Shown: positions 41,853 through 51,499 of the stretch, one piece after another
How positions within the stretch are numbered: position 1 is the first letter of the stretch
How the letters are laid out: each line of letters begins with the position of its first letter
Source of the DNA: an uncultured Gammaproteobacteria bacterium
Lineage (GTDB): Bacteria; Patescibacteriota; Patescibacteriia; UBA9934
Assembly: GCA_964344415.1 (NCBI GenBank)
Contig: CAYFMS010000002.1
Span: 256,593-320,592, forward strand
Direction: 5' to 3'
DNA length: 64,000 bases
Made by a program: the position numbers and the translations under genes
Notes under the pieces: generated by a model
The model's database searches: none
The model's input: only the letters and a program-made list of their open reading frames with translations
What the model was told of the DNA's origin: nothing

Positions 41853-42786
41853 GGCCCGCTAAATCAAAATCATTAACAATACCGTCAGCATTGAAATCTG
41901 ATCGACATGCACTCCCTCCCCAATTTGTAGCCAAAAAGGCCAAATCGAAATCATTAATACCGCTATCACCGTCTGTATCCCCGATCATTCTTCGTTCAAT
42001 TTCAAATGAAACCGTGTCGCTATTTTCTCCAGATCGTCTAGCATAAGCCGAAAATTCATTCTCACCATAAGCAAGTGATTGATTAATTGACCACACTCCT
42101 GTTGACGAATCATGATCTACTCCCTCAGAACTATCATTGAGATAGACAGTTGAGCTCGATGAATATGTTCCGTAAATATCCATCACAGATGCAAAGACTG
42201 GACAGACATTACCTTCACCATCCATTGTCAAAACAACGTCAATTGTTGGCTCAGGTATATAAGAATCACCACTACTCGTTGTTGACGAAGCCACTCCACT
42301 GACCGTCCATGTTGCTGTGGTTGGAGCAGTGGTCGGTTGAAAATTTCCCCCAGCATCGCCACCAATAACATTGAGTGTGTACACCTGATCCGTCATGCCA
42401 CTCAATGAAATTGGTGTCGCAATCACAGCTGCAGTGGAGTATGCGGACCCATTCAAACTGTATCGATACTGCGTCACATTTGGACCACCAACCGTAATGG
42501 TCGCCGTAGCACTACCATGAGGTGTTGTCGGGGTACCCGTTAATGTTGCAACCGCGCCATTATAGTCAAAAATGGTATCAGGCGATTGTGGCTGAAATTG
42601 ATAATCTGCAGAAGATCCCGTGCCTCCAATCGGATTTTCGGACGGCGCAATAATTCTGTAATCGGTCGAGCTCATGTCCTGCGCGAATGCACTCGGTAAA
42701 AATACAAAGAAAACCAAGCATGCGATAAGCGCGCTCGATAATACAATATCTCCCGATAAACTGAATCGTGATTTCATTCTGAACAT
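41830..42786 (-). CDS. Secreted protein with a C-terminal dockerin type I repeat pair
   Basis: 318 aa. Signal peptide, Thr/Ser-rich region, and a C-terminus (DTDGDSGINDFDLAFLATNWG...DFNADGIVNDFDLAGLAAHWG) matching the duplicated Ca-binding dockerin repeat (DxDxDGxIxxxDxxxL). It overlaps the cohesin-like gene by 23 nt. Confidence 0.65.
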   Translation of the reverse strand: MFRMKSRFSLSGDIVLSSALIACLVFFVFLPSAFAQDMSSTDYRIIAPSENPIGGTGSSADYQFQPQSPDTIFDYNGAVATLTGTPTTPHGSATATITVGGPNVTQYRYSLNGSAYSTAAVIATPISLSGMTDQVYTLNVIGGDAGGNFQPTTAPTTATWTVSGVASSTTSSGDSYIPEPTIDVVLTMDGEGNVCPVFASVMDIYGTYSSSSTVYLNDSSEGVDHDSSTGVWSINQSLAYGENEFSAYARRSGENSDTVSFEIERRMIGDTDGDSGINDFDLAFLATNWGGSACRSDFNADGIVNDFDLAGLAAHWGQ

Positions 42787-42860
42787 ATTATATATCGCAC
42801 ATTCAAAAAGAAAAAACCCTGCTGTGCAGAGCTTTGATCATCGATCAAACGCCAAACTCA

Positions 42861-43400
42861 TTAGTCACCCTTCACAATAAGAGCAAGAATTGCCGGGACC
42901 GCCATGAAAACACTTGCCCATGGCTGACTTAGAAAAACGAGTTTTGTCCATTCGGACAACTCAAGGATAACCTCTTCTGGAAGAATTGTCATGCCGAGCG
43001 ACACGACGAGCCCAACAAATGCGATGGAAAAAATTGCCAAATGCATCCCATCAGGAACGGTATATGGCTCAAAATAAGGGTTTTTCAACAATATCCAGCT
43101 GATCATTGCGATAAGCGCAGCAAAGATTCCAAGATGAATAATATAATCCGGCTGACCGATATCAATTGGTAATTCTTTCAAATATGGAATGGTCGTAAAA
43201 ATGACGAATGCGATATATGCAGCAATAATCGCCGTCATGACATGGTCCTTTCCAATTGTATAAAAATATAAAATAGCTGCCGCTAAAAAAATAGCGATAA
43301 ATAATAAGTCAAATTGCGCAATGAAATCAGCTATCGCCGGCTGTTCTGCTATTGCAGGAACTTCAAGGCTGAAATCCGGCATTGTCATTTCTTCCTCCAT
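42861..43400 (-). CDS. Hypothetical polytopic membrane protein
   Basis: 179 aa with 5-6 hydrophobic segments and no catalytic motif. Confidence 0.5.
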   Translation of the reverse strand: MEEEMTMPDFSLEVPAIAEQPAIADFIAQFDLLFIAIFLAAAILYFYTIGKDHVMTAIIAAYIAFVIFTTIPYLKELPIDIGQPDYIIHLGIFAALIAMISWILLKNPYFEPYTVPDGMHLAIFSIAFVGLVVSLGMTILPEEVILELSEWTKLVFLSQPWASVFMAVPAILALIVKGD

Positions 43401-43463
43401 GCATGCATTATACCCTGTTTGATTATTTCAAAAAATAGTTTAAGCTACAGACGGAGGGTTATC

Positions 43464-43799
43464 ATGCCTATTTCGCCAAGCATCGAGCTCGGCAGGCAGC
43501 CGAGCCGAGTCATTCGAGATTCACCCCATTTCCGAGAGGCACTCATCGAGGCTTTGACATGTCTCGACATTGCATCCGCAGCGCGAATCACCAATTTGCT
43601 CATCCATGACACCATCATGGATACCGTGGAAATCAAAGCGGATGTCTTGTGTCAAAACGGTGAGATTGCTCAAGTCCGCGTCACTTCGGCCAAAAAACGA
43701 CCAGCGTCGTGGGCAGAGCGGCGTGAGATGAAACGGGGCTTTCACGGAGGAAAAGTCGTGCCACTCCGAGGCCGACGCAAACGCAAGTTTATGCAGTAA
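43464..43799 (+). CDS. Hypothetical small basic protein
   Basis: Start at MPISPSIE, preceded by GGAGGG. The track ORF begins at 43314. Basic C-terminus (RGRRKRKFMQ). A terminator follows. Confidence 0.4.
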   Translation: MPISPSIELGRQPSRVIRDSPHFREALIEALTCLDIASAARITNLLIHDTIMDTVEIKADVLCQNGEIAQVRVTSAKKRPASWAERREMKRGFHGGKVVPLRGRRKRKFMQ

Positions 43800-43817
43800 A
43801 CAGACTGCATAAATAGC

Positions 43818-43843
43818 AAAACCGCCACACGGGCGGTTTTTTT
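43818..43843. terminator. Bidirectional rho-independent terminator
   Basis: aaaaccgccacacgggcggttttttt between convergent genes. On the minus strand it terminates the dnaJ operon. Confidence 0.6.
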
Positions 43844-43865
43844 ATGTCCCAACTTGAAGTAATGA

Positions 43866-44906
43866 TTAAGCCCTCAAATCCAATTCTTCGAGAATTTTTC
43901 GCTCTTTTCTACCTAGTTTTGTCGGCGTTTTGACCTGAATGACAACAATCATATCACCTCGTCCGCGGCCATGTGGGACCCCCTTCCCTCGTAATCGCAA
44001 TTTTTCACCAGACTGAGTTCCAGCTGGAATTTTCATTTTCACGTCACCGTCAAGCGTTTCAACCTGCACTTCATCACCAAGCGCAGCCTGCGTAAATCCA
44101 ATCTCTTTCGTCGTAATAAGACGATCATTCACACGCTCAAATCTACTGTCATTTTTAACATGGAGCATGATATATAAATCACCCGGTTGTCCGCCAGAAA
44201 GTGCCTCTCCCTGACCGCGCAATCGAATGCGCATACCATTTTCAACACCAGGCGGCACATCTACGCGAATTGTTTTTCGCCCATATTCAATTCCAATTCC
44301 ATCGCAATTCGTGCAAGCATCTTCTGGCTTTTCACCATTTCCATGACATTCAACACAAACTTGACGCTGCTGAATTGCCCCGAGCATCGTTTGTCGAACA
44401 TTCACCGTCATTCCAGTTCCATCACATGTTTTACATGTGTGCATGGTCGTTCCGGGCTCACCTCCATTCCCCGCGCAACGTTCACATGTATTGTTTTTCG
44501 AAACCGACACCTCTTTTTCAATTCCAAAAATCGCATCCTTGAAATCAAGCGTCATGTCAATTTGAATATCCTGCCCTTTTTGCACGCGACCGCGTCCACC
44601 GCCAAATCCCCCGCCAAAAAAGTCACCGAAAATATCACCAAGATCTTCAAAATTCATGCCCTGAAATCCACCAGCACCACCAAAGCCGCCAGCACCGTCA
44701 AAGGTCTGGCCGAATTGATCATACTGAGATCGCTTCTGGTCATCGGAAAGAACCTGATAAGCTTCATTAATTTCTTTGAATTTTGCCTCATCACCCCCCT
44801 CTTTGTCGGGATGATATTGATGCGCTTTCTTCCGAAATGCCTTTTTGATCTCGTCCTTCGAAGCCCCTTTCTCAATGTCTAGAATTTTGTAATAGTCTTT
44901 GGCCAT
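43866..44906 (-). CDS. dnaJ: Chaperone DnaJ
   Basis: 346 aa. J-domain (YYKILDIEKGASKDEIKKAFRKKAHQYHPDK), Gly/Phe-rich region and four CxxCxGxG zinc-finger repeats. Confidence 0.95.
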   Translation of the reverse strand: MAKDYYKILDIEKGASKDEIKKAFRKKAHQYHPDKEGGDEAKFKEINEAYQVLSDDQKRSQYDQFGQTFDGAGGFGGAGGFQGMNFEDLGDIFGDFFGGGFGGGRGRVQKGQDIQIDMTLDFKDAIFGIEKEVSVSKNNTCERCAGNGGEPGTTMHTCKTCDGTGMTVNVRQTMLGAIQQRQVCVECHGNGEKPEDACTNCDGIGIEYGRKTIRVDVPPGVENGMRIRLRGQGEALSGGQPGDLYIMLHVKNDSRFERVNDRLITTKEIGFTQAALGDEVQVETLDGDVKMKIPAGTQSGEKLRLRGKGVPHGRGRGDMIVVIQVKTPTKLGRKERKILEELDLRA

Positions 44907-44949
44907 ACTTGATATACATCTTGCCCTTGGTCAAAACGAAAGAGGGTGA

Positions 44950-46857
44950 TTACTCACCCTTCTTTTCATCAGCAGCCTCGTCTTTCACCTCTTCAAAATC
45001 GGCGTCTTTTGCATCATCAGATGCCTCAGCTTGCTGATCCGCTGGAGCTTCCTGCTGCGTTTGCTGATACAATTTTGCACCAACGGTTTGCGCTGCTTGT
45101 GACAATTCTTCCGAAGCTTTCTTAATTGCCTCAATATCGTCGCCGTCCTTCACATCCTCGACAGCCTTCATTTTTGCTTCGATATCAGCTTTTTCTTCAT
45201 CAGACACCTTATCTTTATGCTCATCGAGCATTTTCTTCGCCGTGTACACCATAGTGTCCGCCGTATTCTTCACTTCAATAGCTTCACGCTTTTTCTTATC
45301 CTCATCAGCATGCGTCTCTGCATCCGCTTTCATTTTTTCGATTTCTTCATCAGAAAGTCCAGAAGATGCCGTGATTGTAATTGTTTGCTCTTTTCCAGTT
45401 CCTTTATCAACCGCTTTCACATTTAGAATTCCGTTCGCATCAATGTCAAAACTTACTTCAATCTGAGGGACACCGCGTGGAGCTGGCGCAATTCCAGTAA
45501 GACTGAATGTCCCAAGTACCTTATTGTCGGCTGCCATTTCACGCTCACCTTGCAGAACTTTAATGTCCACAGATGGCTGATTATCAGCAGCCGTTGAGAA
45601 TATTTGAGATTTTGATGTTGGGATCGTTGTATTACGCTCAATAAGTTTGGTTGAAATACCACCCATTGTTTCAATTCCAAGAGAAAGTGGCGTGACATCA
45701 AGAAGCAATACATCTTTCACATCACCCTGCAAAACTCCAGCCTGAACAGCAGCGCCAAGAGCAACAACCTCATCTGGATTTACACTTGCATTTGGCTTTT
45801 TTCCAAAGAATTCTTCTACTTTCTTCTGTACAAGCGGCATGCGCGTCATACCACCAACCATAACGATTTCTTCAATGTCAGATGGCTGTAATTTCGCATC
45901 AGAAAGAGCTTTTTTCACTGGTTCAAGCGTTTTATCGACAAGAGAAGCAACCAATTCTTCAAGCTTAGCTCGTGTGAGCGTCAAAACAAGATGCTTTGGA
46001 CCATCAGCCCCCTGAGAAATGAATGGCTGATTAATTTCTGTCTGTGCAGCTGTCGAAAGTTCGATTTTCGCACGCTCAGCAGCATCTTTTACGCGCTGCA
46101 ATGCAAGCGCATCTGCACCGAGGTCAACACCTTCCTGCTTTTTAAATTCTTCAATAATCCAATCGATAATTGCTTTATCGAAGTCATCTCCACCAAGATG
46201 CGTATCACCATTCGTAGAAATCACCTCGACTGTGCCCTCGGAAACATCGAGCACAGAAACGTCAAATGTACCACCACCAAGGTCATACACAAAGATTTGC
46301 TGACCGACATTTTTATCGAATCCATAAGCAAGCGCTGCTGCCGTAGGTTCATTAATAATCCGCTCAACTTTAAGTCCAGCAATCTCACCAGCATCTTTTG
46401 TTGCTTGTCGTTGTGCATCGTCGAAGTAAGCCGGTACTGTAATAACGGCAGATTCAATCTTTTCACCAATCTTTGCTTCAGCATCCGCCTTTAATTTCTG
46501 CAGAACCTGAGCTCCAATTTCTTGCGGAGTATATTCTTTATCACCCATTTTTACCGCAACACCCTCACCTCGCTGAACGATTTCATATGGCATGGTTTCT
46601 TTATCCGTCTTCACTTCTTCATCCGTCCAACGTCGACCAATCAATCGCTTAATTGAGTACAATGTGTTCTTTGGATTCGTTACTGCCTGACGCTTCGCAG
46701 GAAGTCCGGCAAGCCGCTCGCCATTCTTATCAACGGCAACCATAGAAGGCGTCGTTCGCACACCTTCAGCATTTTCTAAAATTTTTGGCTTACCACCTTC
46801 AATGATGGCCATCGCCGAATTTGTTGTTCCTAAATCAATTCCTAAAATTTTACTCAT
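44950..46857 (-). CDS. dnaK: Chaperone DnaK (Hsp70)
   Basis: 635 aa. Begins [18 protein letters not shown] and carries DLGGGTFD and the other Hsp70 signatures. Confidence 0.97.
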   Translation of the reverse strand: MSKILGIDLGTTNSAMAIIEGGKPKILENAEGVRTTPSMVAVDKNGERLAGLPAKRQAVTNPKNTLYSIKRLIGRRWTDEEVKTDKETMPYEIVQRGEGVAVKMGDKEYTPQEIGAQVLQKLKADAEAKIGEKIESAVITVPAYFDDAQRQATKDAGEIAGLKVERIINEPTAAALAYGFDKNVGQQIFVYDLGGGTFDVSVLDVSEGTVEVISTNGDTHLGGDDFDKAIIDWIIEEFKKQEGVDLGADALALQRVKDAAERAKIELSTAAQTEINQPFISQGADGPKHLVLTLTRAKLEELVASLVDKTLEPVKKALSDAKLQPSDIEEIVMVGGMTRMPLVQKKVEEFFGKKPNASVNPDEVVALGAAVQAGVLQGDVKDVLLLDVTPLSLGIETMGGISTKLIERNTTIPTSKSQIFSTAADNQPSVDIKVLQGEREMAADNKVLGTFSLTGIAPAPRGVPQIEVSFDIDANGILNVKAVDKGTGKEQTITITASSGLSDEEIEKMKADAETHADEDKKKREAIEVKNTADTMVYTAKKMLDEHKDKVSDEEKADIEAKMKAVEDVKDGDDIEAIKKASEELSQAAQTVGAKLYQQTQQEAPADQQAEASDDAKDADFEEVKDEAADEKKGE

Positions 46858-46865
46858 ATTTTTTA

Positions 46866-47399
46866 TTATTCAGTTTCTGTAATTTGATTGATAATAACTT
46901 TCGCAGGTCGCAGGACATGATCACCGATTTTCCAGCCCGGTAGAACCACTTCCAGTATTTTACCGTCTTCTCTGCCGCTCTCAGATCGCGTTCCAGCCGC
47001 TTCGTGAACATTTGCATCAAATGAACCATCCGTCGCAATTGGACTAATTCCAAGCCCATTCATCACTGCTTCAAATTGCTTCTGTATGAACATGACTCCC
47101 TGAAACCAAGGCTTCATGTCATCTGGCAATGCATCCTCTGCGGGAGCGAACTTTACCGCCTGTGCGAAATTATCGATAACTGGCAGTAAATCCTCCGCAA
47201 AACCGATCTTGATCTGATCCCGCGCCTTTGCAGCCGACGCTAACTGATCTTTTTTCAGGTTTTCATAATCAGCGAGAGCGCGCCTCCATCCAGATTCGAG
47301 TTCAGCGCATTTTGTTTTCAATTCATCAATTTGATTTATTTCCTTCTCTTTTTGTTTTTTCGGCATATTATTCTTCAAGCAATCGCTTTGTTTCAGCAA
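46866..47399 (-). CDS. grpE: Nucleotide exchange factor GrpE
   Basis: 177 aa. Coiled-coil N-terminus and a GrpE beta-domain C-terminus ([14 protein letters not shown]). An alternative start at MPKKQ (47366) would remove the 32-nt overlap with hrcA. Confidence 0.85.
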   Translation of the reverse strand: MLKQSDCLKNNMPKKQKEKEINQIDELKTKCAELESGWRRALADYENLKKDQLASAAKARDQIKIGFAEDLLPVIDNFAQAVKFAPAEDALPDDMKPWFQGVMFIQKQFEAVMNGLGISPIATDGSFDANVHEAAGTRSESGREDGKILEVVLPGWKIGDHVLRPAKVIINQITETE

Positions 47400-48057
47400 G
47401 TAGCCTCATATTTTTTTGATAATCCATACGGAGCGGCCCAGTCAGCCCAACCATTCCCGTCATACCATTTGGCAATGTATATTTCACCATTACTGTTGCC
47501 ATTTTCTGACTAAATGGATTTTCGCTTCCAATCCAGATATTCATGTCACTTTTTGCTTCCTTGAAATATCCACGCATGACTTCATCGAATCGATCGACAA
47601 CGGCCGACAAATCCCGAAGCTCTGAAACATCATTGAAATCTGGCTTATTAAAGAGTTCAGAAAATCCTGTGTAATAACGCCAATCCTGCCCCATGGTCGC
47701 CATCGCTGTTTCGCCAGAAAGCTTCACAAGTGCCTTGGCCACTTCACGCATGCGGTCTTTCTTATCTTCCACTTCACGCGCTTGAATCAACTGTGCATGC
47801 CGTTTTTTGATTCGAGCTGGTCGATGTAGAAGTTCTAGATAGTACCGATACCCCTCCTCAGTCGGGATGCGTCCAGATGACGTATGCGGTTGGCGCAAGA
47901 ATCCAGCATCTTCGAGTGCAGCCATATCATTACGCACCGTTGCTGGCGACACATTGAATGCAAAGTTTTCGACAATGCATTTTGAAGAAACCGGCTGAGC
48001 CGTTTCGATATAGTGGCGTATAACCGCCGCGAGAATGTGCGTTTGTCGATCGTTCAC
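47368..48057 (-). CDS. hrcA: Heat-inducible transcription repressor HrcA (compact, 229 aa)
   Basis: N-terminal wHTH (RQTHILAAVIRHYIETAQPVSSKCIVE...SPATVRNDMAALEDAGFL.QPHTSSGRIPT). It is the first gene of the hrcA-grpE-dnaK-dnaJ operon, and a perfect CIRCE lies upstream. Confidence 0.8.
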   Translation of the reverse strand: MNDRQTHILAAVIRHYIETAQPVSSKCIVENFAFNVSPATVRNDMAALEDAGFLRQPHTSSGRIPTEEGYRYYLELLHRPARIKKRHAQLIQAREVEDKKDRMREVAKALVKLSGETAMATMGQDWRYYTGFSELFNKPDFNDVSELRDLSAVVDRFDEVMRGYFKEAKSDMNIWIGSENPFSQKMATVMVKYTLPNGMTGMVGLTGPLRMDYQKNMRLLAETKRLLEE

Positions 48058-48261
48058 AGGAAAATGAATTCGTTATTTCTGAGGAAAATTGTTTTAGCTG
48101 GCGGAACAAAACGAGCTTCACATCGAAATCGCTGTTTTTTCTTGGAAAATGAGATGAGATATTGGTACAGATCAAGCGACGAAGCGATGCGTACTTGAAA
48201 CGTACGAAGAGCTAGGAGCGCAGATGTAAGCCAATATATCGCTCATTTAATAGAAAAAACA

Positions 48262-48288
48262 TTAGCACTCTGCATTGTAGAGTGCTAA
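48262..48288. promoter_or_regulatory. CIRCE operator (HrcA binding site): TTAGCACTC-N9-GAGTGCTAA, perfect inverted repeat
   Basis: ttagcactctgcattgtagagtgctaa lies about 205 nt upstream of the hrcA start. Confidence 0.85.
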
Positions 48289-48301
48289 TTCTGCCCTGTC
48301 A
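48274..48301 (-). promoter_or_regulatory. Sigma70-like promoter of the hrcA operon interlocked with CIRCE (TTGACA-N17-TACAAT)
   Basis: The minus strand reads TTGACAgggcagaattagcactcTACAAT. The -10 hexamer lies inside the CIRCE spacer and the left CIRCE arm lies inside the promoter spacer. Confidence 0.55.
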
Positions 48302-48332
48302 AGAGTTTTGTGACCTTATGCAAACCAAGTTG

Positions 48333-48377
48333 AAGTGCCGACTGAATCCGTTTCACGGATTGAAGTCGGACTTCTCA
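48333..48377. other. Imperfect long inverted repeat between the antiporter stop and the hrcA promoter. Likely a terminator or insulator hairpin.
   Basis: gaagtgccgactgaatccgtttcacggattgaagtcggacttc. There is no clear T-run. Confidence 0.3.
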
Positions 48378-48379
48378 AA

Positions 48380-50050
48380 TCAAATCGAAAACTGCCTTTT
48401 CTGTCGTTTTGCTTCTGCCTTCCATGAAACCTTACGAATCGTTTTCTTCTGAAGCATATCTGCAAATAACTTCCCACCCAAATCATTTGGAAGCATGACA
48501 TATGTCGCACCAAGAGCATACAAATCCGCTGCTTGATGATGATCCTTCGCTGTCACAATAATCGATGACTGCCCACTGCGTTTCTTCACATAACGAATCA
48601 GGTCCGTATTCACGGCAATATCGCGAATGGTAGAAATAATAAGTTTCGATCGATGAATGCGAATATATTTCAAAAACTCTTCACTTCCGACATCGCCGTA
48701 TTCAACATTGATTTTCTGATTTCGAAGATGGCGTACATTCACGGGGTCAAAATCAACAACAAGGTATTTTTTCTTCATTTTCATCACCGAAGGCAGAATA
48801 GATCGCCCTAAATACCCATAACCAAATAGGACAACTTCGGCAGCAGAATCGATTCGCTTATGGTCAGGGTCTCCTTTCGTTTCAAGGAATGCAAAAAGCC
48901 ATTCAAGCTTGCTGTAAATCTGTTCATTGTATTTGATCAGATAGGTCGAGAATAGAATCGTAATGAGCCCCACCATCGTTGTAAGCGTCAATACATCATT
49001 GCTCACAAAATTACCTGCAACAGCAGCCGTGATGAGAATAAACGAGAACTCACTCACCTGAGCCATTGTCACACCGACCATAAATCCTGTACGCGGGTGA
49101 TAACCAAGAATGCGCATAATCACAAGAACAATCAGAGGATTCCCAAGCAGAATAAATCCACTAAGCAGTAGAGACTGCTGCCAAACCATGGCAATGCTAT
49201 CAATGGAAAGATGCGTTCCAAGAACAATGAAGAAAATGACAATGAAGAAGTCCCGGAGTGGACTGATTTTATGATCAATCTCACGGTGAAAATTACTTCC
49301 CGCAAGAGAAATACCTGCAAGCAATGCTCCGATTTCAATACCAAAGCCAATAAAATGTAGAGTCGATGCAACAGCAAAACACCAAGCAATCGCTGTCAAA
49401 AAGAGCATTTCCTGATCTCTTGCCGCAAAATTGAAGACAAATGGCAATACTTTTTTGGCGAGGAACCAGAGGACAAATAATACAATCAAAACCTTCCCTG
49501 CTGACAGAAGAAGCGCCTCGCTCAAATCTCCTCCTCCATCGGAAAGCGTTGCAACAACGAGAAGAACAAGCATGGCGACCAAATCCTGAACAATCAGTAC
49601 ACCAACGGAAATTCGGCCATAGAATCGTTCAATGTCTTTCTTATCCGAAAGTAATTTGACGATAATAATCGTACTTGAAAAGGCAAAACCGACCCCGATA
49701 AAAAGACTGGTGACCGGATCAAACCCGAGCTGAATCGATATGAGGTATCCGATAGCGGATGTAAAAATCACCTGGCCGAGACCTACAAGAACAGAAACAA
49801 TTCCAACATCTTTGATATTGCGCCAATTCAAATGAAGTCCTACCAAAAACAGCAGAAATGCTACACCAATTTCAGACATTGCTTGGAAAAATTCCGGTGA
49901 TTGGGCAAATCCCAGCAAGCTCGGTCCTGCGATCAAACCAGTCAAGATATACGCGATAATAAGCGGCTGGCGCAATAAATAAACAATCAGCGACAATGCT
50001 CCCGCCGTTACAATAATGATCGCAATTTCATTGAATAATAAGTCAAACAT
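48380..50050 (-). CDS. Monovalent cation:proton antiporter (CPA2 / Kef-type) with C-terminal RCK (TrkA-N) domain
   Basis: 556 aa. About 12 TM helices, then the Rossmann motif VVLFGYGYLGRSI and an NAD-binding-like fold. Confidence 0.8.
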   Translation of the reverse strand: MFDLLFNEIAIIIVTAGALSLIVYLLRQPLIIAYILTGLIAGPSLLGFAQSPEFFQAMSEIGVAFLLFLVGLHLNWRNIKDVGIVSVLVGLGQVIFTSAIGYLISIQLGFDPVTSLFIGVGFAFSSTIIIVKLLSDKKDIERFYGRISVGVLIVQDLVAMLVLLVVATLSDGGGDLSEALLLSAGKVLIVLFVLWFLAKKVLPFVFNFAARDQEMLFLTAIAWCFAVASTLHFIGFGIEIGALLAGISLAGSNFHREIDHKISPLRDFFIVIFFIVLGTHLSIDSIAMVWQQSLLLSGFILLGNPLIVLVIMRILGYHPRTGFMVGVTMAQVSEFSFILITAAVAGNFVSNDVLTLTTMVGLITILFSTYLIKYNEQIYSKLEWLFAFLETKGDPDHKRIDSAAEVVLFGYGYLGRSILPSVMKMKKKYLVVDFDPVNVRHLRNQKINVEYGDVGSEEFLKYIRIHRSKLIISTIRDIAVNTDLIRYVKKRSGQSSIIVTAKDHHQAADLYALGATYVMLPNDLGGKLFADMLQKKTIRKVSWKAEAKRQKRQFSI

Positions 50051-50055
50051 CCTCC

Positions 50056-50370
50056 CTATTTCTTTTTCTTATGCTTTAAAACGTATTCTTCTGCCACAAT
50101 GCCAATACCGACAAGAATCATCGGCACCACCAAAACCATATAGATGGTAGCAATGATTTTCGCGATATCCGTCGTTGGCACTAAATCACCATAACCAACC
50201 GTCGTGAGCGTTGCTACTGTGAAGTAAAGAGAATCAACGAAGCTCCAGTCCTCGAGATGAGAGAAAAGGAAGACTCCAAGAATCACCAAAGCAATAAAGA
50301 ACAGAATCACCGCTTTCATTCGCGGATGTTTGAATACGCGCATCATATGCAAGTAGTATACAATACACAC
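50056..50370 (-). CDS. Minimal two-TM potassium channel (ion_trans_2-like)
   Basis: 104 aa. Two TM helices flank the K+ selectivity filter TTVGYGD. A later Met (MKAVILFF) is an alternative start. Confidence 0.7.
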   Translation of the reverse strand: MCIVYYLHMMRVFKHPRMKAVILFFIALVILGVFLFSHLEDWSFVDSLYFTVATLTTVGYGDLVPTTDIAKIIATIYMVLVVPMILVGIGIVAEEYVLKHKKKK

Positions 50371-50391
50371 AGCAGATATACATACACAGCC

Positions 50392-51060
50392 ATGAAATAC
50401 ACGTTAAAACGTACAAAAAGAAGGACGATCGCCTTACAAATAGACAAAGGTGGTGATTTGATTGTGCGCGCGCCAATCAGGGCAAGTCAGAATTTGATTG
50501 ATGCGTTTATCGTGGAGAAGAAGGACTGGATAGAAAAGCATATCAAGCGTGCCAAGGAACGCGCTCTACAAAAACCTATATTTTATTTTCGCGATGGTGA
50601 AGAACATCTCTATCTTGGGAAATATTTTGAAATACAAACGGCAATTGAATTATCGAAACCTCTGATTTTTGATGATGGATTCTATTTTGACCCAGGCATC
50701 AAGATGAGTAAACGCGGCGAGGCAATGAAGCGCTGGTATAGAATGCAGGCAAAAAAATATGCTCGGGATCGACTGGATTATTTTGCCGAGAAAATGAATG
50801 TACGATTTTTAAGCTTTCGTTTGTCGAATGCAAAAACGTATTGGGGTGTTTGCAATGGAAAGAAAGCTATTGGAATTAGCTGGCGATTGATTATGGCGCC
50901 TGAATTTGTTTTTGATGCCATTATCGTCCATGAGCTTGCACACTTGCGCTACCGTAATCATGGTAAGGATTTCTGGAGCTTTGTAGAGCAATACTCCCCC
51001 GACCACAAACTCGCCTCGGAATGGCTGAAGGAGTATCAGGAGCGATTGAATTGTATGTAA
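50392..51060 (+). CDS. DUF45/YgjP-like zinc metallohydrolase (M48-like HExxH)
   Basis: Start set at MKYTLKRTKRRTIALQIDKGG, the typical DUF45 N-terminus. Carries the HELAHL metal-binding motif. The track ORF starts at 50257 but that portion overlaps the convergent channel gene. Confidence 0.65.
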   Translation: MKYTLKRTKRRTIALQIDKGGDLIVRAPIRASQNLIDAFIVEKKDWIEKHIKRAKERALQKPIFYFRDGEEHLYLGKYFEIQTAIELSKPLIFDDGFYFDPGIKMSKRGEAMKRWYRMQAKKYARDRLDYFAEKMNVRFLSFRLSNAKTYWGVCNGKKAIGISWRLIMAPEFVFDAIIVHELAHLRYRNHGKDFWSFVEQYSPDHKLASEWLKEYQERLNCM

Positions 51061-51163
51061 ATACAAAAACACGCCCCTACGACGAGTCACAGTTTGCCCT
51101 TCATAGCTCCGAAAGGAGCGACGTAGGGAAACGTGTCTCTGCCGTACAGGGCGTGCGAGGTGT

Positions 51164-51499
51164 TCAGTCAGCGTAATCCGGACACCCGACGTTGCGATGA
51201 CCGATGTTGTCGCACCATGCGAGGTGGTCAGCTTCTTGCCGAGCCAGCACCGCCGGTGGAACCTCGATCTCCCCGTGCTTGGGGCAACCGACGTTCTGGT
51301 GGTAGATGCTGTCGCACCATGCGAGGTGGTCAGCTTCTTGCCGAGCCAGCACCGCCGGTGGAACCTCGATCTCCCCGTGCTTGGGGCAACCGACGTTCTG
51401 GTGGTAGATGCTGTCGCACCATGCATCATGTCCGATGGTGTCGACGGAATCTCTGCAGGCAGCGAGGACGGTGATCACGATGAGAACAAGTGTGCGCAT
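51164..51499 (-). CDS. Small lipoprotein with internal 34-aa tandem repeats, in a GC-rich island
   Basis: Start set at MRTLVLIVITVLAAC (lipobox LAAC), preceded by AGGGAG. The HLAWCDSIYHQNVGCPKHGEIEVPPAVLARQEAD repeat occurs twice exactly plus a divergent third copy. GC-rich relative to the flanks. Confidence 0.5.
   Translation of the reverse strand: MRTLVLIVITVLAACRDSVDTIGHDAWCDSIYHQNVGCPKHGEIEVPPAVLARQEADHLAWCDSIYHQNVGCPKHGEIEVPPAVLARQEADHLAWCDNIGHRNVGCPDYAD
51211..51414. repeat. Perfect 102-bp tandem duplication (2 copies plus partial flanking copies) inside the lipoprotein gene
   Basis: tcgcaccatgcgaggtggtcagcttcttgccgagccagcaccgccggtggaacctcgatctccccgtgcttggggcaaccgacgttctggtggtagatgctg is repeated identically at 51211..51312 and 51313..51414. 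Confidence 0.8.

Noticed and set aside
50257-50391. Upstream extension of the DUF45 hydrolase ORF (track start at 50257)
   Set aside because: The extension overlaps the convergent K+ channel gene on the opposite strand. The conserved DUF45 N-terminus begins at the Met at 50392.
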